64,000 nucleotides of DNA from a virus (taxonomy: Duplodnaviria > Caudoviricetes), in IMG/VR virus record IMGVR_UViG_3300034520_000094, positions 1,522-65,521 of that record, one strand, 5' to 3'. Below, piece after piece: positions 47,243-56,775 of this stretch. Under the pieces are notes generated by a model. It made no database searches, was not told the DNA's origin, and saw only the letters and a program-made list of their open reading frames with translations. Within the stretch, counting starts at the first letter, position 1. Each line of letters starts with the position of its first letter. Position numbers and translations under genes: made by a program.

Positions 47243-47849
47243 GCCAAGTGTAGAGATTTTAGATGAATTAGACGGGCAAGAGATTTTGAAAAGATTAGAG
47301 TTTGTTAGTAGATGCTGTTATAAAGATGCAAGTCATGCAGAAGAGGAACATACCGCTGAACGGCTTATTGCTTCGCTTATCAGAAGAGGCCACGAATTTG
47401 TATTGGAACATGTGAGTGTGTCTGCACGATTCATAGTTGACAGAGGTGTAAGCCATGATATTGTACGGTATCGTATTGCAAGCTATGCACAAGAAAGCAC
47501 TAGATATTGTACTTATGCAGAAAATGATTTTAGTACAGAGATAACGGTTATTAAGCCAGTAACGCTAGAAGAAGGAACAAAAGGATATAAGCATTGGCTG
47601 AAAGCTTGCCAGAAAGCAGAAGAAGAGTATTTTTATTTGCTGGATTATGGTTTGTCAGCACAAGAAGCAAGGGTAGTATTGCCGCACAGTATAAAGACTG
47701 ATATAGTTGTAACCATGAATTTGAGGGAGTGGCGACATTTTTTGAGATTGGCAGCAGCTCCGAGTGCACATCCGCAAATGCGGGAAGTTACACTTCAGTT
47801 ATTGAATACGTTTAAGGAGAAGATACCAGTAGTATTTGAAGATATTTGA
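47229..47849 (+). CDS. thyX: Flavin-dependent thymidylate synthase
   Basis: GHE.VLEH, VRYRIASYAQESTRY, ARVVLP, NLREWRHF, AHPQMR. Confidence 0.9.
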   Translation: MRVIKPSVEILDELDGQEILKRLEFVSRCCYKDASHAEEEHTAERLIASLIRRGHEFVLEHVSVSARFIVDRGVSHDIVRYRIASYAQESTRYCTYAENDFSTEITVIKPVTLEEGTKGYKHWLKACQKAEEEYFYLLDYGLSAQEARVVLPHSIKTDIVVTMNLREWRHFLRLAAAPSAHPQMREVTLQLLNTFKEKIPVVFEDI

Positions 47850-47868
47850 AGAAAGAAGGAAAAAGGAT

Positions 47869-48411
47869 ATGGGAAAAAGATATAGCAAAGAAGAAAAGTT
47901 TTTGATGTTAGCTGGCGTGAGGTATGCGGAATCAGTTAAGATGCCAAAGACTAAGCTGGCCTGGTTTCTTGCAGCGGTGTTAGGAAAGCCAGATAGCGCA
48001 GTGTATTATCAGATGAAGAAAGTATCAGAAAAAGCAGCTAGTATGACAGAAGCAGATTGGGCGGTATTTGATTTTGATGAAGTACAGGCTGATTTGATGG
48101 AAGAACAAGCAAAGCAAGAATTGAATGATGAAACACTGGAACAGAATGTAGGAATGATTGTTCCAGTGAAAGTGATTTCGGTGAAAACGTTCGGAGCATT
48201 ATGCCAAGTGCTCGGAACGACAAGGACATTGTTGCTGCATGTGTCGGAGATAGCAGACGAGTATATTGATGATGTGCATGAGTATCTGTCGGAAGGAGAC
48301 GAGTTTTTGGCCATGCTTATTTTAGCAAAGAACAATAATAGATTGGCATTGTCCTCTCGACGGATTGGTAGCGTGAAGCGGAAGAGGCCCAGGGTTGGAG
48401 AGTACGAATGA
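47869..48411 (+). CDS. S1 domain-containing protein
   Basis: VKVISVKTFGA...LLHVSEIADEYIDDVHEYLSEGD...LALSSR. Confidence 0.8.
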   Translation: MGKRYSKEEKFLMLAGVRYAESVKMPKTKLAWFLAAVLGKPDSAVYYQMKKVSEKAASMTEADWAVFDFDEVQADLMEEQAKQELNDETLEQNVGMIVPVKVISVKTFGALCQVLGTTRTLLLHVSEIADEYIDDVHEYLSEGDEFLAMLILAKNNNRLALSSRRIGSVKRKRPRVGEYE

Positions 48412-48680
48412 ACGAAAAGATAGAAGTTAATGTTAATAAGTACCTGGTGCTGAAAGCAGAAGGAGAGAATTGTTCTCAGCAATTTGAATTGTTGCTGTCT
48501 ATGAAAGATTACTTGTGGGAGAAGGAGCCGATTAAGTTTGCGTTTTTCTGCAATGATTGGATGGAGAATCGTGGTTGCACTGTTAGATTAGTAGCAAGTG
48601 AGACGCTAGATTGGGTTCGGCGGGGGTTGTTGAATTTGTTATTGTCATTAGCTGTCGGAAAAAGAGGAAAAGCAAAGTAA
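48408..48680 (+). CDS. Hypothetical protein
   Basis: ATGA overlap. Confidence 0.5.
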   Translation: MNEKIEVNVNKYLVLKAEGENCSQQFELLLSMKDYLWEKEPIKFAFFCNDWMENRGCTVRLVASETLDWVRRGLLNLLLSLAVGKRGKAK

Positions 48681-48811
48681 AGCAGTGAAAGAAACGAAAG
48701 AACATGAGCAGCAGAACAGTAGAATTGTCAGTAGAACGCTTGAAAAACGCTGTCAGTTCTGCTGTTTTGTCATAGGCTTGGCGGGGTTGACAGCAGAGCA
48801 ATTGGCGGGAT

Positions 48812-48842
48812 GTATTGAAGTAATAGAAAATCGAATAGAATA
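48812..48842 (+). promoter_or_regulatory. Candidate late promoter (packaging operon)
   Basis: GTATTG-N15-GAATAGAATA; matches 54237. Confidence 0.5.
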
Positions 48843-48908
48843 GTAAGATAAGAATGAGTTGAAGAAAAGAATGTTGAATTGTACAGGACTAGTAAAGGGG
48901 GATATGGT

Positions 48909-49553
48909 ATGGCAAAGAGGAAGCCGAGGGAGAGCTATGCTTTTAGGGACCTGAAAGAAATGACTTGTTTTGCAGAGATGGATAAGAAGGTTAAAGCAGG
49001 TATAGCTTTAGAAGAGATAGCCAGATGGTTGCAAGAGGATATGTTTCAGCAAGTCGAGATTAAGAGAGAAAGCCTGGTCAGAAAGCTGTTCAGATATAAA
49101 GCTTCATTGCCGCCAGCTGAGTTAGTTAGGGAACCGCCTGTATATGTTCAGCGGGCAATTGAAAAGATGAACAGAGGGATAAAGGAAATTGATGAACTAG
49201 AAAAATTGTATCTGCTTCAGCTGAGAAGGATTAGTATAGATGCAGAAACAGAAGCCAAGATTAATAAGTTGTTCAGCAGTACGGGTAATGAGATTAGGAT
49301 TGCGGCTGATTTATTGAACAGTATGATGCAGAAAAAGATGGAGCTTGGATTGCTATCTAAGAGGCCAGAACAGCTGGAGTTATCTGGAAACATAGGAATG
49401 ACTGGATTGATTAGTGAGGACACAGATGAAGCGACCAAAGCTAAGCTTGGATTGCTAGCTGGGAAGATGCTTCAGGTTATGGCAAAGTCTTTGGACGAAG
49501 CGAAAGATTCAGTAGAAAATGAATCCGGCGATGGAGACGCAGACCAAGAGTAG
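48909..49553 (+). CDS. Putative terminase small subunit
   Basis: N-terminal HTH-like, helical body, upstream of TerL. Confidence 0.5.
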   Translation: MAKRKPRESYAFRDLKEMTCFAEMDKKVKAGIALEEIARWLQEDMFQQVEIKRESLVRKLFRYKASLPPAELVREPPVYVQRAIEKMNRGIKEIDELEKLYLLQLRRISIDAETEAKINKLFSSTGNEIRIAADLLNSMMQKKMELGLLSKRPEQLELSGNIGMTGLISEDTDEATKAKLGLLAGKMLQVMAKSLDEAKDSVENESGDGDADQE

Positions 49554-49587
49554 AAAGTAATCAAAGAAGAAAGTAGGAGGACTGGAT

Positions 49588-49851
49588 ATGGAGAGCATTG
49601 TACCTGTAGTAGTAACCTCGAGCGGAAAGATTGATGTAAAGCTTGACGATAGTATGACGGCCAAGGAATTGAAAGAATACGTAATGGCTGTATGGAATAT
49701 TGATAAGGAACAGATTGACCAGCCTTTTGTTGTGATTTCCGATATGTTGTCCAACGACAGCTTTGTTTGCGACGATGATATGGTTGTCGGGCCGAAATTG
49801 CGGGAGAACAGTATGGTAAGGGTGGTATTACCGCTGAAGCTGAAGGATTAG
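49588..49851 (+). CDS. Hypothetical protein
   Basis: RBS AGGAGG. Confidence 0.6.
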   Translation: MESIVPVVVTSSGKIDVKLDDSMTAKELKEYVMAVWNIDKEQIDQPFVVISDMLSNDSFVCDDDMVVGPKLRENSMVRVVLPLKLKD

Positions 49852-49859
49852 GTGGTAGT

Positions 49860-52487
49860 ATGTCTGGCATGTTACAGGACCAGAGGATAATAGAAAAACT
49901 GGATGAACTGACTAAAGGATTCACGAAAGATGATATTGCATTGCTGATGCAGGTGCTGAAGAACAATGAGGGGAATGAAATAGAGATACTGCAAGACTTG
50001 ATGGGATATACGTATCGTTGGCCGCCAGTAGGAACTAGGGAGTTTATTGAAAGCCCGCAGTATCTTGGATTAGAAGGCCAAGTGTTCCCGAGGTTGTTGG
50101 ACGACCTTGAGGAATTGTTCGAGGGAGATTATGTCGAAGCAGTTTTGACAGGTGCCATAGGATGGGGCAAGTGCCAAGATGGATTTTCCAAGGTGCCCAC
50201 AAGTACGGGCGTAAAACGATTGAAGGATATCGAGGTAGGAGACCTTGTTATGTCTGTGGCCCCAAACGGGTCTTATAAGCTTGCAAGGGTTGCGGCGTTG
50301 TCTACGACCAGGAAGAACTGTAATAAATATACGTTCAGCAGAGGGTTGCAGTTGAAATGCTCTGTGGACCATCCTGTATTGACCCAGCGTGGATGGGTTA
50401 GCATAGGAGAGGTTACGAAGGAGGATTTTGTTGCGTCAAGCAAGCATGTAGTGGGCTGCCAAGACTTTGATGAAGACCTTGCAAAGTGGTTTGCATGCAT
50501 GGCTGCTGAGTTGCCTGTCTCGAACGGAAACAATGATATAGTTCCTGTAGGATATGAAGAGTTGAAGCAATTATGCTCATTGGTAGGAGGACTACCGAAA
50601 GAGGTATGGAATACGATTCAAGTTACGAAAGGACAGTACCTCGGCAGGAAGTGTGCACAGAAGATATTTGACCTGTATGCCGATGTATTGCCAGACCAGT
50701 GGAAGCTTTGGCTAAACCCGAACATAAGTTGGGAGCGGCTGGAATCTGTAGAGAGTTTAGGCGAAATGGATTTGTATGATATTGATGTGCCAGAGACACG
50801 GAATTTTATCGCAAACGGAATGATAGTGCATAACAGCACTTTTGCCGAGATAGCGATGTGCCGAATGTTGTATGAGATAAGTTGCTTGAGAGACCCGCAG
50901 AGGGTATATGGTTTGATGCAGGGTTCGGTTATTGTTTTGCTGAATGTAGGAATTACGCTGGATAATGCAAAGAAGATTGTGTTCCAAGGTGTAAAGAATA
51001 AGCTGCATGCAAGTCCGTATTTTGTTGAGAAGTTTCCGTATGGAGCCTGGCAGTCAGAGCTTAGGTTTCCGAACAATATCTGGGTGTTTCCAGCCGTGGC
51101 AGGTTCGAGCGGTGTTATAGGCTACAATGTATTCGGCGGGGTTATGGATGAAGTGAACTTTATGTCTGTGGTTGAGAACAGCAAAGCGAAGGGAGCTAGC
51201 AATGGCCGATATGACCAAGCTGATACTTTGCATAAGTCATTGATTAGGCGTATGAAATCCCGCTTTATGAAGAAGGGTAAGCTGCCAGGCATTTTGCTTC
51301 AGATTTCGTCAAGCCGATATCCAGAGGATTTTACTGAACGGAGATTGAAAGATGCGGAAGAAGACCCTACGATATTTACGAGGAGATATGCTCAGTGGGA
51401 CACGTTGCCTGCTGACCGTTGGAGCGGAAAGAAGTTTTGGGTAGCATTGGGAGATGGAATAGAACCGCCAAGAATCTTGAAAGACGACGAGGAAAAACGC
51501 CAAGTTGAGGAAAAGAAGTTGCCGATGATAGAGGTTCCGATAGAGTTCTATAGGGATTTTGATAAAGACATTGATGCGGCGATTCGGGATTTTGCAGGAA
51601 GGCCGACGTTGACTATCCGTCCGTTTATCCGATACAGAAATAAAGTAGTTGAAGCTCTGGCCAAAGGTGCAGAGATTGGACTGGAACATCCGTATTCAAA
51701 GACAGAGACTACGCTGCAAGATGGAGGGATATTTTTAGTAGATAAGCTAAGGATTCCGCATATCAAGAAACAGCTTGAAACAGCTGTTGAGCCAGAGAAG
51801 AGAAAGCTGGAAGAGGAACTAAGATTTTTGAAAAGTAAGCCTAGATTTGTGCATGTTGACTTGTCTTATGCAAGTGATAGCACAGGATTGGCTATGGGTT
51901 ATGTGCAAGGGTATAAGGAAGTAATCAGACGAAATGAAGCTGGAGAGCAGTTCTCAGCTAAAATGCCAATTATTGTTATTGAATTTATGATACGAATTAG
52001 GCCGCCGAAGGGTGGAGAAATTCAGTTTGCTGATGTGCGGTCTTTGATTTATGAATTGAAGTCATATGGCTATCCGATTAGGAAAGTTACGTTTGACTCG
52101 TTCCAGTCCAAAGACAGCATGCAGCAGTTCCAGCAGAAGGGGATAGAGTCTGGTCATGTTTCGGCCGATACGAATCCAGCTGTGTATAATGCGTATAGAG
52201 ATGCTTTGTATGAGGACAGGTTGATTACGTATCAATATGACATTCTGCTGGAAGAGACAATACGGTTAGAGAAGAATGAAAAGAAGAATAAGGTTGACCA
52301 TCCGGCCAACGGGTCAAAAGACGTAGCGGATGCTGTTGCTGGTGTTTGTTATGACTGTGTAACAGAAGGAATGATAGCACCTGCTCCACCGCCATCGTTG
52401 GGAGAGATGGAAGGAGGAGAGATAAAGATACAGATGGAAAGGTCGGCCGACGATGCTGACCTGTTCGGATATGGAGCTATTATGTAG
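49860..52487 (+). CDS. terL: Terminase large subunit with intein
   Basis: GAIGWGK|ST Walker A, GVMDE Walker B, HVDLS, VTFDSFQS, KVDHPANGSKDVADA. Confidence 0.92.
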   Translation: MSGMLQDQRIIEKLDELTKGFTKDDIALLMQVLKNNEGNEIEILQDLMGYTYRWPPVGTREFIESPQYLGLEGQVFPRLLDDLEELFEGDYVEAVLTGAIGWGKCQDGFSKVPTSTGVKRLKDIEVGDLVMSVAPNGSYKLARVAALSTTRKNCNKYTFSRGLQLKCSVDHPVLTQRGWVSIGEVTKEDFVASSKHVVGCQDFDEDLAKWFACMAAELPVSNGNNDIVPVGYEELKQLCSLVGGLPKEVWNTIQVTKGQYLGRKCAQKIFDLYADVLPDQWKLWLNPNISWERLESVESLGEMDLYDIDVPETRNFIANGMIVHNSTFAEIAMCRMLYEISCLRDPQRVYGLMQGSVIVLLNVGITLDNAKKIVFQGVKNKLHASPYFVEKFPYGAWQSELRFPNNIWVFPAVAGSSGVIGYNVFGGVMDEVNFMSVVENSKAKGASNGRYDQADTLHKSLIRRMKSRFMKKGKLPGILLQISSSRYPEDFTERRLKDAEEDPTIFTRRYAQWDTLPADRWSGKKFWVALGDGIEPPRILKDDEEKRQVEEKKLPMIEVPIEFYRDFDKDIDAAIRDFAGRPTLTIRPFIRYRNKVVEALAKGAEIGLEHPYSKTETTLQDGGIFLVDKLRIPHIKKQLETAVEPEKRKLEEELRFLKSKPRFVHVDLSYASDSTGLAMGYVQGYKEVIRRNEAGEQFSAKMPIIVIEFMIRIRPPKGGEIQFADVRSLIYELKSYGYPIRKVTFDSFQSKDSMQQFQQKGIESGHVSADTNPAVYNAYRDALYEDRLITYQYDILLEETIRLEKNEKKNKVDHPANGSKDVADAVAGVCYDCVTEGMIAPAPPPSLGEMEGGEIKIQMERSADDADLFGYGAIM
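50172..50834 (+). mobile_element. Mini-intein (221 aa) in TerL Walker A
   Basis: Starts CQDG after GK, CSVDHPVLT block B, ends IVHN|S. Confidence 0.9.
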
Positions 52488-52542
52488 TGCCAAGTTTGGG
52501 CAGCAAAGCATAGCATAAGAAATAGAAGGAAAGGAGTACGGG

Positions 52543-54234
52543 ATGGAAAGACAATCGTTATTTGAAGACATAGTGCAGAGGATAACTGACCTGTTTCAAA
52601 GACATTCGTCTAATATGCCACCGCCAGAAGTAGATTCGTCCATTGAAGCACGGCGAAGTATGGACGACGGGTTAGATATCGCAAATGGAAGTTCTTTTGC
52701 TTGGTATGTCGACGAGACTTCGTTGGAGAGCGAGCGCATAGGGAAGTATCGTGAGTATGACCGTATGGACACCGAATCGGTAGAAATTGCGTCAGCTTTG
52801 GATATTTATGCTGACAATGCAACCAGTGGAGACCGAGAAAGCGGAACTATCGAAGTTGTTTCAGAATCAGCAAAAGTAATCGAAGTTTTGAATGAGGTTA
52901 AAGGCCGATTGAAATTGGATTTTGCCTTATGGTCTATAGCCAGGGAAATGGTTAAGTATGGCGACTGCTTTGAAGAGGTAGTAGTGTACCCTGACTTTGA
53001 AGTTCATCGGCTCAAGCATTTATCGCCGTCTGAAGTAAAGGTTAAGGAAGATGAATGGGGCAGGCCTGATTCAGAATTTCCGTATGAGCAAATGAATGAA
53101 ACGGGAGAAACGATAGCTAAGTTTGCCGATTGGCAGATTTTGCACTTCAAGATTGCGAAGAACAGAACCAGCAAGTATGGTGTAGACGGCTCTCTGCTGT
53201 ACCCGTTAAGAAAGGTATTTAAGCAGTTAGCCATGATTGAAGATTCATTGATTATTGCACGCCTGACTAGAGCACAGCAACGGTTTGCATTTATGATTGA
53301 CGTTTCTGGCATTGAACCAGGAGAACCGACCGCTGACTATCTGAGAAAAGTTAAGAACAGCATGAAGAAGAAAAGGACGATAGACCCTGTTACGGGTAGA
53401 ATGGACCTCAAGTATAATCCGCTGTCGGCAGAGGAAGATATCTTTTTGGCAAGGAGAGAAAGCAATGGTTCAGATGTTAAGGTATTGCAGGGTGCATCGA
53501 ATTTAGGGCAGTTGGCCGACGTTGAGTATTTCAGCAAAAAGCTGTTTGCTGGCTTGAAGGTTCCAAAAGCTTGGATGGGTTTTGAGGGCGAGACTCATGC
53601 ACGTGCAGTTATTACAGAATTAGATGTCCAGTTTGCCAAGACTATAAGAAGAGTTCAGCAATCGTTGATTGAAGGATTGCAGAAGCTGTTTGACTTTGTT
53701 TTGTTAACCAGAGGAATAGACCCTATAGCAAACAGCTATACGATTAAGTTGCCTGTTCTGTCGGCGATAGACGAATTGAGAGAATGGCAGATGGAAGTTA
53801 TCAAGGCCAATGTAGCGGTAACGTATAAGAACAGTCTAGGTATCAGCAGCGAGTGGGTTTACCGCAACCTGCTGGAGCTTTCGGATGAAGATATTGAAGA
53901 GATTAAGAAAGCATTGGAGGATGATGATGCGCTGGATAATGTCAGAGCAGCTAAAGCTGCTGAATTTGCTAAACCTGCTGTTGTTGTTACAGGAAATGCT
54001 CAAGGTATTATTGCTCCAGATGCTAATGCTCAAGATGTTAATGCCCAAGATGCGAATAAAGCAGCCGCCCTAGCTGTAGCCCAGCAACAGGAACCAGCTA
54101 CAGAAGCGTTGTCTGCAAGAGAACTTCGTGTGATGCGGTATAAGCTCAGGGAAGAGCTTGAAGCGTTATATGATTTACTGAACTGGGAAGTTGAAGCAAA
54201 GACAGGCACGAGATTAAAAGACGGAAATAGTTAA
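52543..54234 (+). CDS. Portal protein (T4 gp20-like)
   Basis: EYDRMD..EIASALDIYAD, EDSLIIARLTRA..R.AF.ID, EDIFL, YFSKKLFAGLKVPK. Confidence 0.88.
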   Translation: MERQSLFEDIVQRITDLFQRHSSNMPPPEVDSSIEARRSMDDGLDIANGSSFAWYVDETSLESERIGKYREYDRMDTESVEIASALDIYADNATSGDRESGTIEVVSESAKVIEVLNEVKGRLKLDFALWSIAREMVKYGDCFEEVVVYPDFEVHRLKHLSPSEVKVKEDEWGRPDSEFPYEQMNETGETIAKFADWQILHFKIAKNRTSKYGVDGSLLYPLRKVFKQLAMIEDSLIIARLTRAQQRFAFMIDVSGIEPGEPTADYLRKVKNSMKKKRTIDPVTGRMDLKYNPLSAEEDIFLARRESNGSDVKVLQGASNLGQLADVEYFSKKLFAGLKVPKAWMGFEGETHARAVITELDVQFAKTIRRVQQSLIEGLQKLFDFVLLTRGIDPIANSYTIKLPVLSAIDELREWQMEVIKANVAVTYKNSLGISSEWVYRNLLELSDEDIEEIKKALEDDDALDNVRAAKAAEFAKPAVVVTGNAQGIIAPDANAQDVNAQDANKAAALAVAQQQEPATEALSARELRVMRYKLREELEALYDLLNWEVEAKTGTRLKDGNS

Positions 54235-54236
54235 TA

Positions 54237-54267
54237 GTATTGTATTACGCAGAACTTGAATAAAGTA
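54237..54267 (+). promoter_or_regulatory. Candidate late promoter (head operon)
   Basis: GTATTG-N15-GAATAAAGTA. Confidence 0.5.
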
Positions 54268-54309
54268 ATGTATAGGAACTAAAAGAGTAGACAAGGAAGG
54301 GTGTAGCCA

Positions 54310-55557
54310 ATGTATATGAAAGTAAAGGCTACATGGTATGAGGTTCTTGCAAACGAAAGTGTCGAAGAGTCAAGGCTTGCTAGTCTTGACCCTGAGAAGA
54401 TAGCTAAAGCACTTGACAGCAAAGGACGGTTTGACCCTGTAAATACGAAATCGCTGAATGCGAAAAGTATAGGAAGCAGACGAAAGATTTCAGACGAAAA
54501 GAATATTATAGCTACGTATCTGCAAGCATTGAAGCCTGGGGCCGACCGAAAGGCATACAGTAAAGCCAAGACAGCATGGGCTAGATATAAGACAAAAATG
54601 AACAATGATTTTCAAGACTTAGTAAGGCAGTTAGAGAAGGGGAGCATAACGAAGACTCAGTTTTTGAATAGCTCCCGAAAATTGTTTAAGGCAGGATATG
54701 AACAGGCATACCGCCTTGGAACAGACGCATCTGGATTAGATTTTGTTAAACTGCCGAAGGAAGATTTAGCTTGGCTAAAGAGAGCAAGGACAGCAGATTA
54801 TAAGTTTCTTGATAAGTTTGCAGATGACGTAGTGAATAAGAGAGGCAAAATGTCGTATAATGCCAGAGCTTCGATGTACATTGATACGATAGATGGGATG
54901 TTTGATGCTGGCAGAGTTGATGCGTATCCGAATGAAGGAACTTCGATTTTTTGGGAATTGTCTGCTGCCGAGAATTGTGGTGATTGCATAGACCTTGCGT
55001 TGAATAGTCCGTATACGCCAGATACGCTCCCGACCACGCCGAGAGCTGGTGGGACAATGTGCTTGAGCGCATGCAAATGTAGTCTTAGAGTAAGATATGA
55101 TAGGCCGACAGACATACCGATTCAGGTTTCGTCTGTGCCAGCTGACGTGGCCAAGAAATTGGGCGTGAATACAGTTGGTGGAGAAATAGAACATGTAGAA
55201 AAGGCTTATAGTAAAGGGGGTGGCAGAACAGGATTAGAGGCTACTGGCCTTGATTCCGATGGAGATGTTGTAGGCATAGACTCTGAAGCTGTCTTGTTAG
55301 ATTGGGATGCTTTAGACGACATGGTAACAGCATTGGCAACAATTAGGATTTTAGAATCGGAAGAGCCATCAGTCCATCGTGTACATGAAACGCAGACAGC
55401 ACTGAACAAGTTTATGGAAGCCAGCAAAAAGTTGCCAGAATGGTTAGACCCGTTTAGCAGGGATGTATATGTCTGTCATGCCATTGGTACAGTGGTGCTG
55501 GATTACGCCAAGAATGCACGGAGAGAAGGGGTGAAAGCAGAAGATGCACAAGACTAA
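54310..55557 (+). CDS. Head morphogenesis (MuF/SPP1 gp7-like) protein
   Basis: W...ENCGDC...P.......C...CKC.L; after portal. Confidence 0.65.
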   Translation: MYMKVKATWYEVLANESVEESRLASLDPEKIAKALDSKGRFDPVNTKSLNAKSIGSRRKISDEKNIIATYLQALKPGADRKAYSKAKTAWARYKTKMNNDFQDLVRQLEKGSITKTQFLNSSRKLFKAGYEQAYRLGTDASGLDFVKLPKEDLAWLKRARTADYKFLDKFADDVVNKRGKMSYNARASMYIDTIDGMFDAGRVDAYPNEGTSIFWELSAAENCGDCIDLALNSPYTPDTLPTTPRAGGTMCLSACKCSLRVRYDRPTDIPIQVSSVPADVAKKLGVNTVGGEIEHVEKAYSKGGGRTGLEATGLDSDGDVVGIDSEAVLLDWDALDDMVTALATIRILESEEPSVHRVHETQTALNKFMEASKKLPEWLDPFSRDVYVCHAIGTVVLDYAKNARREGVKAEDAQD

Positions 55558-56773
55558 GAGTGGAGAATTGTATGAAGAACCATTGTTTGAGGCCATCAGC
55601 ATACTGGATGAAGCTGAGAATGGAGCAGCAAACCCGTATCGGCTGTTGACCATCAAAGGAACTGCCAGCAGAGGCGGGGTGTTGAACAAGAATCAGAGGT
55701 TATATCCGACTCCTGTTCTTGCCAAGGCCACGGAAAAAGCTCAAGCAGCTATTCGCAGGGGCAAGCTATTGGGAGAAGTAGACCATCCAGACGAAGCAGG
55801 TTCGCTGGAGCGCACAGCTATTAAGTATACGAAGCTGTGGATGGAAGGCGACCTTATGCTTTTTGAAGGAGAAGTTTTAGATACCGAGAAGGGAAGGCAC
55901 CTTGCTTTATTGCTCCGTAGCGGCGTAGGCGTGGGGATTTCCACGAGGGGCTATGGTTCGGTCCGTCCGATAGATGGTCCAAATGGTACGTTTTACGAAG
56001 TTCAGCCAGACTTTGAATTGAAAGGTATTGACTGTGTCTTGGAAGAATCCAATGAATACGGCAGGGTGGCGAACTTTGAATCAGTAGAAGGAGGAAACGA
56101 AATGGAGCTAACGTTAGAGAAGCTTCAGAAGGATTATCCAGACCTGTATAAGCAAGTAGTGGACAGTGCTTCGGAGCAAGCAATAAAGGACATGAGAGAA
56201 AGCATTGAAAAAGAGTTTGAGCAAAAGGTTGCCCAGGTAATAGAAGAAAAGAAAGCTGGTTTCATAGCCGAAGCTAAGAAAGAGGTTATGGAATCGGAAG
56301 AAGTTAAGCAATTGAAGTCTGTAGTGGAAGCGGTTATACAAGCTGTAAAGCCTGTGTTGCCAGAAGCAAAGACCAAAGAAGAGCTAGATGCCGAGTTGGT
56401 AACTGCCAATGAAGAGTTGAAGGCCCAGATAGAATCTTTGCAACAGACTGTCGATTCGTTGAATGAAGAAAAGGCAAAGGCCGAAAAAGTCCTTGCCGAA
56501 CAAGAACAGGCACGCAAAGTTGCCGAGAAGATTAACAGTTTGGTTGAAGGACACCGTTATGAGAAAGCACTTCGTGCCAAGCTGGAGTCCTGCAAGACTG
56601 AAGAGGATGTTCAGGCTCAGTTTGAAGCCGAGGTTGCGTTTATAGCTTCGTTGGCCGAAGGACTAGAAGTTCCGAAAGGGACTGGAAAGGTTAAAGAAGA
56701 AGGCAAAGAATTTATGAACGAAGAAACTGCAAGACAACGCAGACTTGCTGGACTCAATGAAGGGGGTAAATAA
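55544..56773 (+). CDS. Prohead protease (T4 gp21-like) fused to scaffold
   Basis: NKNQRLYP, LGEVDHP, GISTRGYGS, then acidic coiled coil. Confidence 0.88.
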   Translation: MHKTKSGELYEEPLFEAISILDEAENGAANPYRLLTIKGTASRGGVLNKNQRLYPTPVLAKATEKAQAAIRRGKLLGEVDHPDEAGSLERTAIKYTKLWMEGDLMLFEGEVLDTEKGRHLALLLRSGVGVGISTRGYGSVRPIDGPNGTFYEVQPDFELKGIDCVLEESNEYGRVANFESVEGGNEMELTLEKLQKDYPDLYKQVVDSASEQAIKDMRESIEKEFEQKVAQVIEEKKAGFIAEAKKEVMESEEVKQLKSVVEAVIQAVKPVLPEAKTKEELDAELVTANEELKAQIESLQQTVDSLNEEKAKAEKVLAEQEQARKVAEKINSLVEGHRYEKALRAKLESCKTEEDVQAQFEAEVAFIASLAEGLEVPKGTGKVKEEGKEFMNEETARQRRLAGLNEGGK

Positions 56774-56775
56774 GG

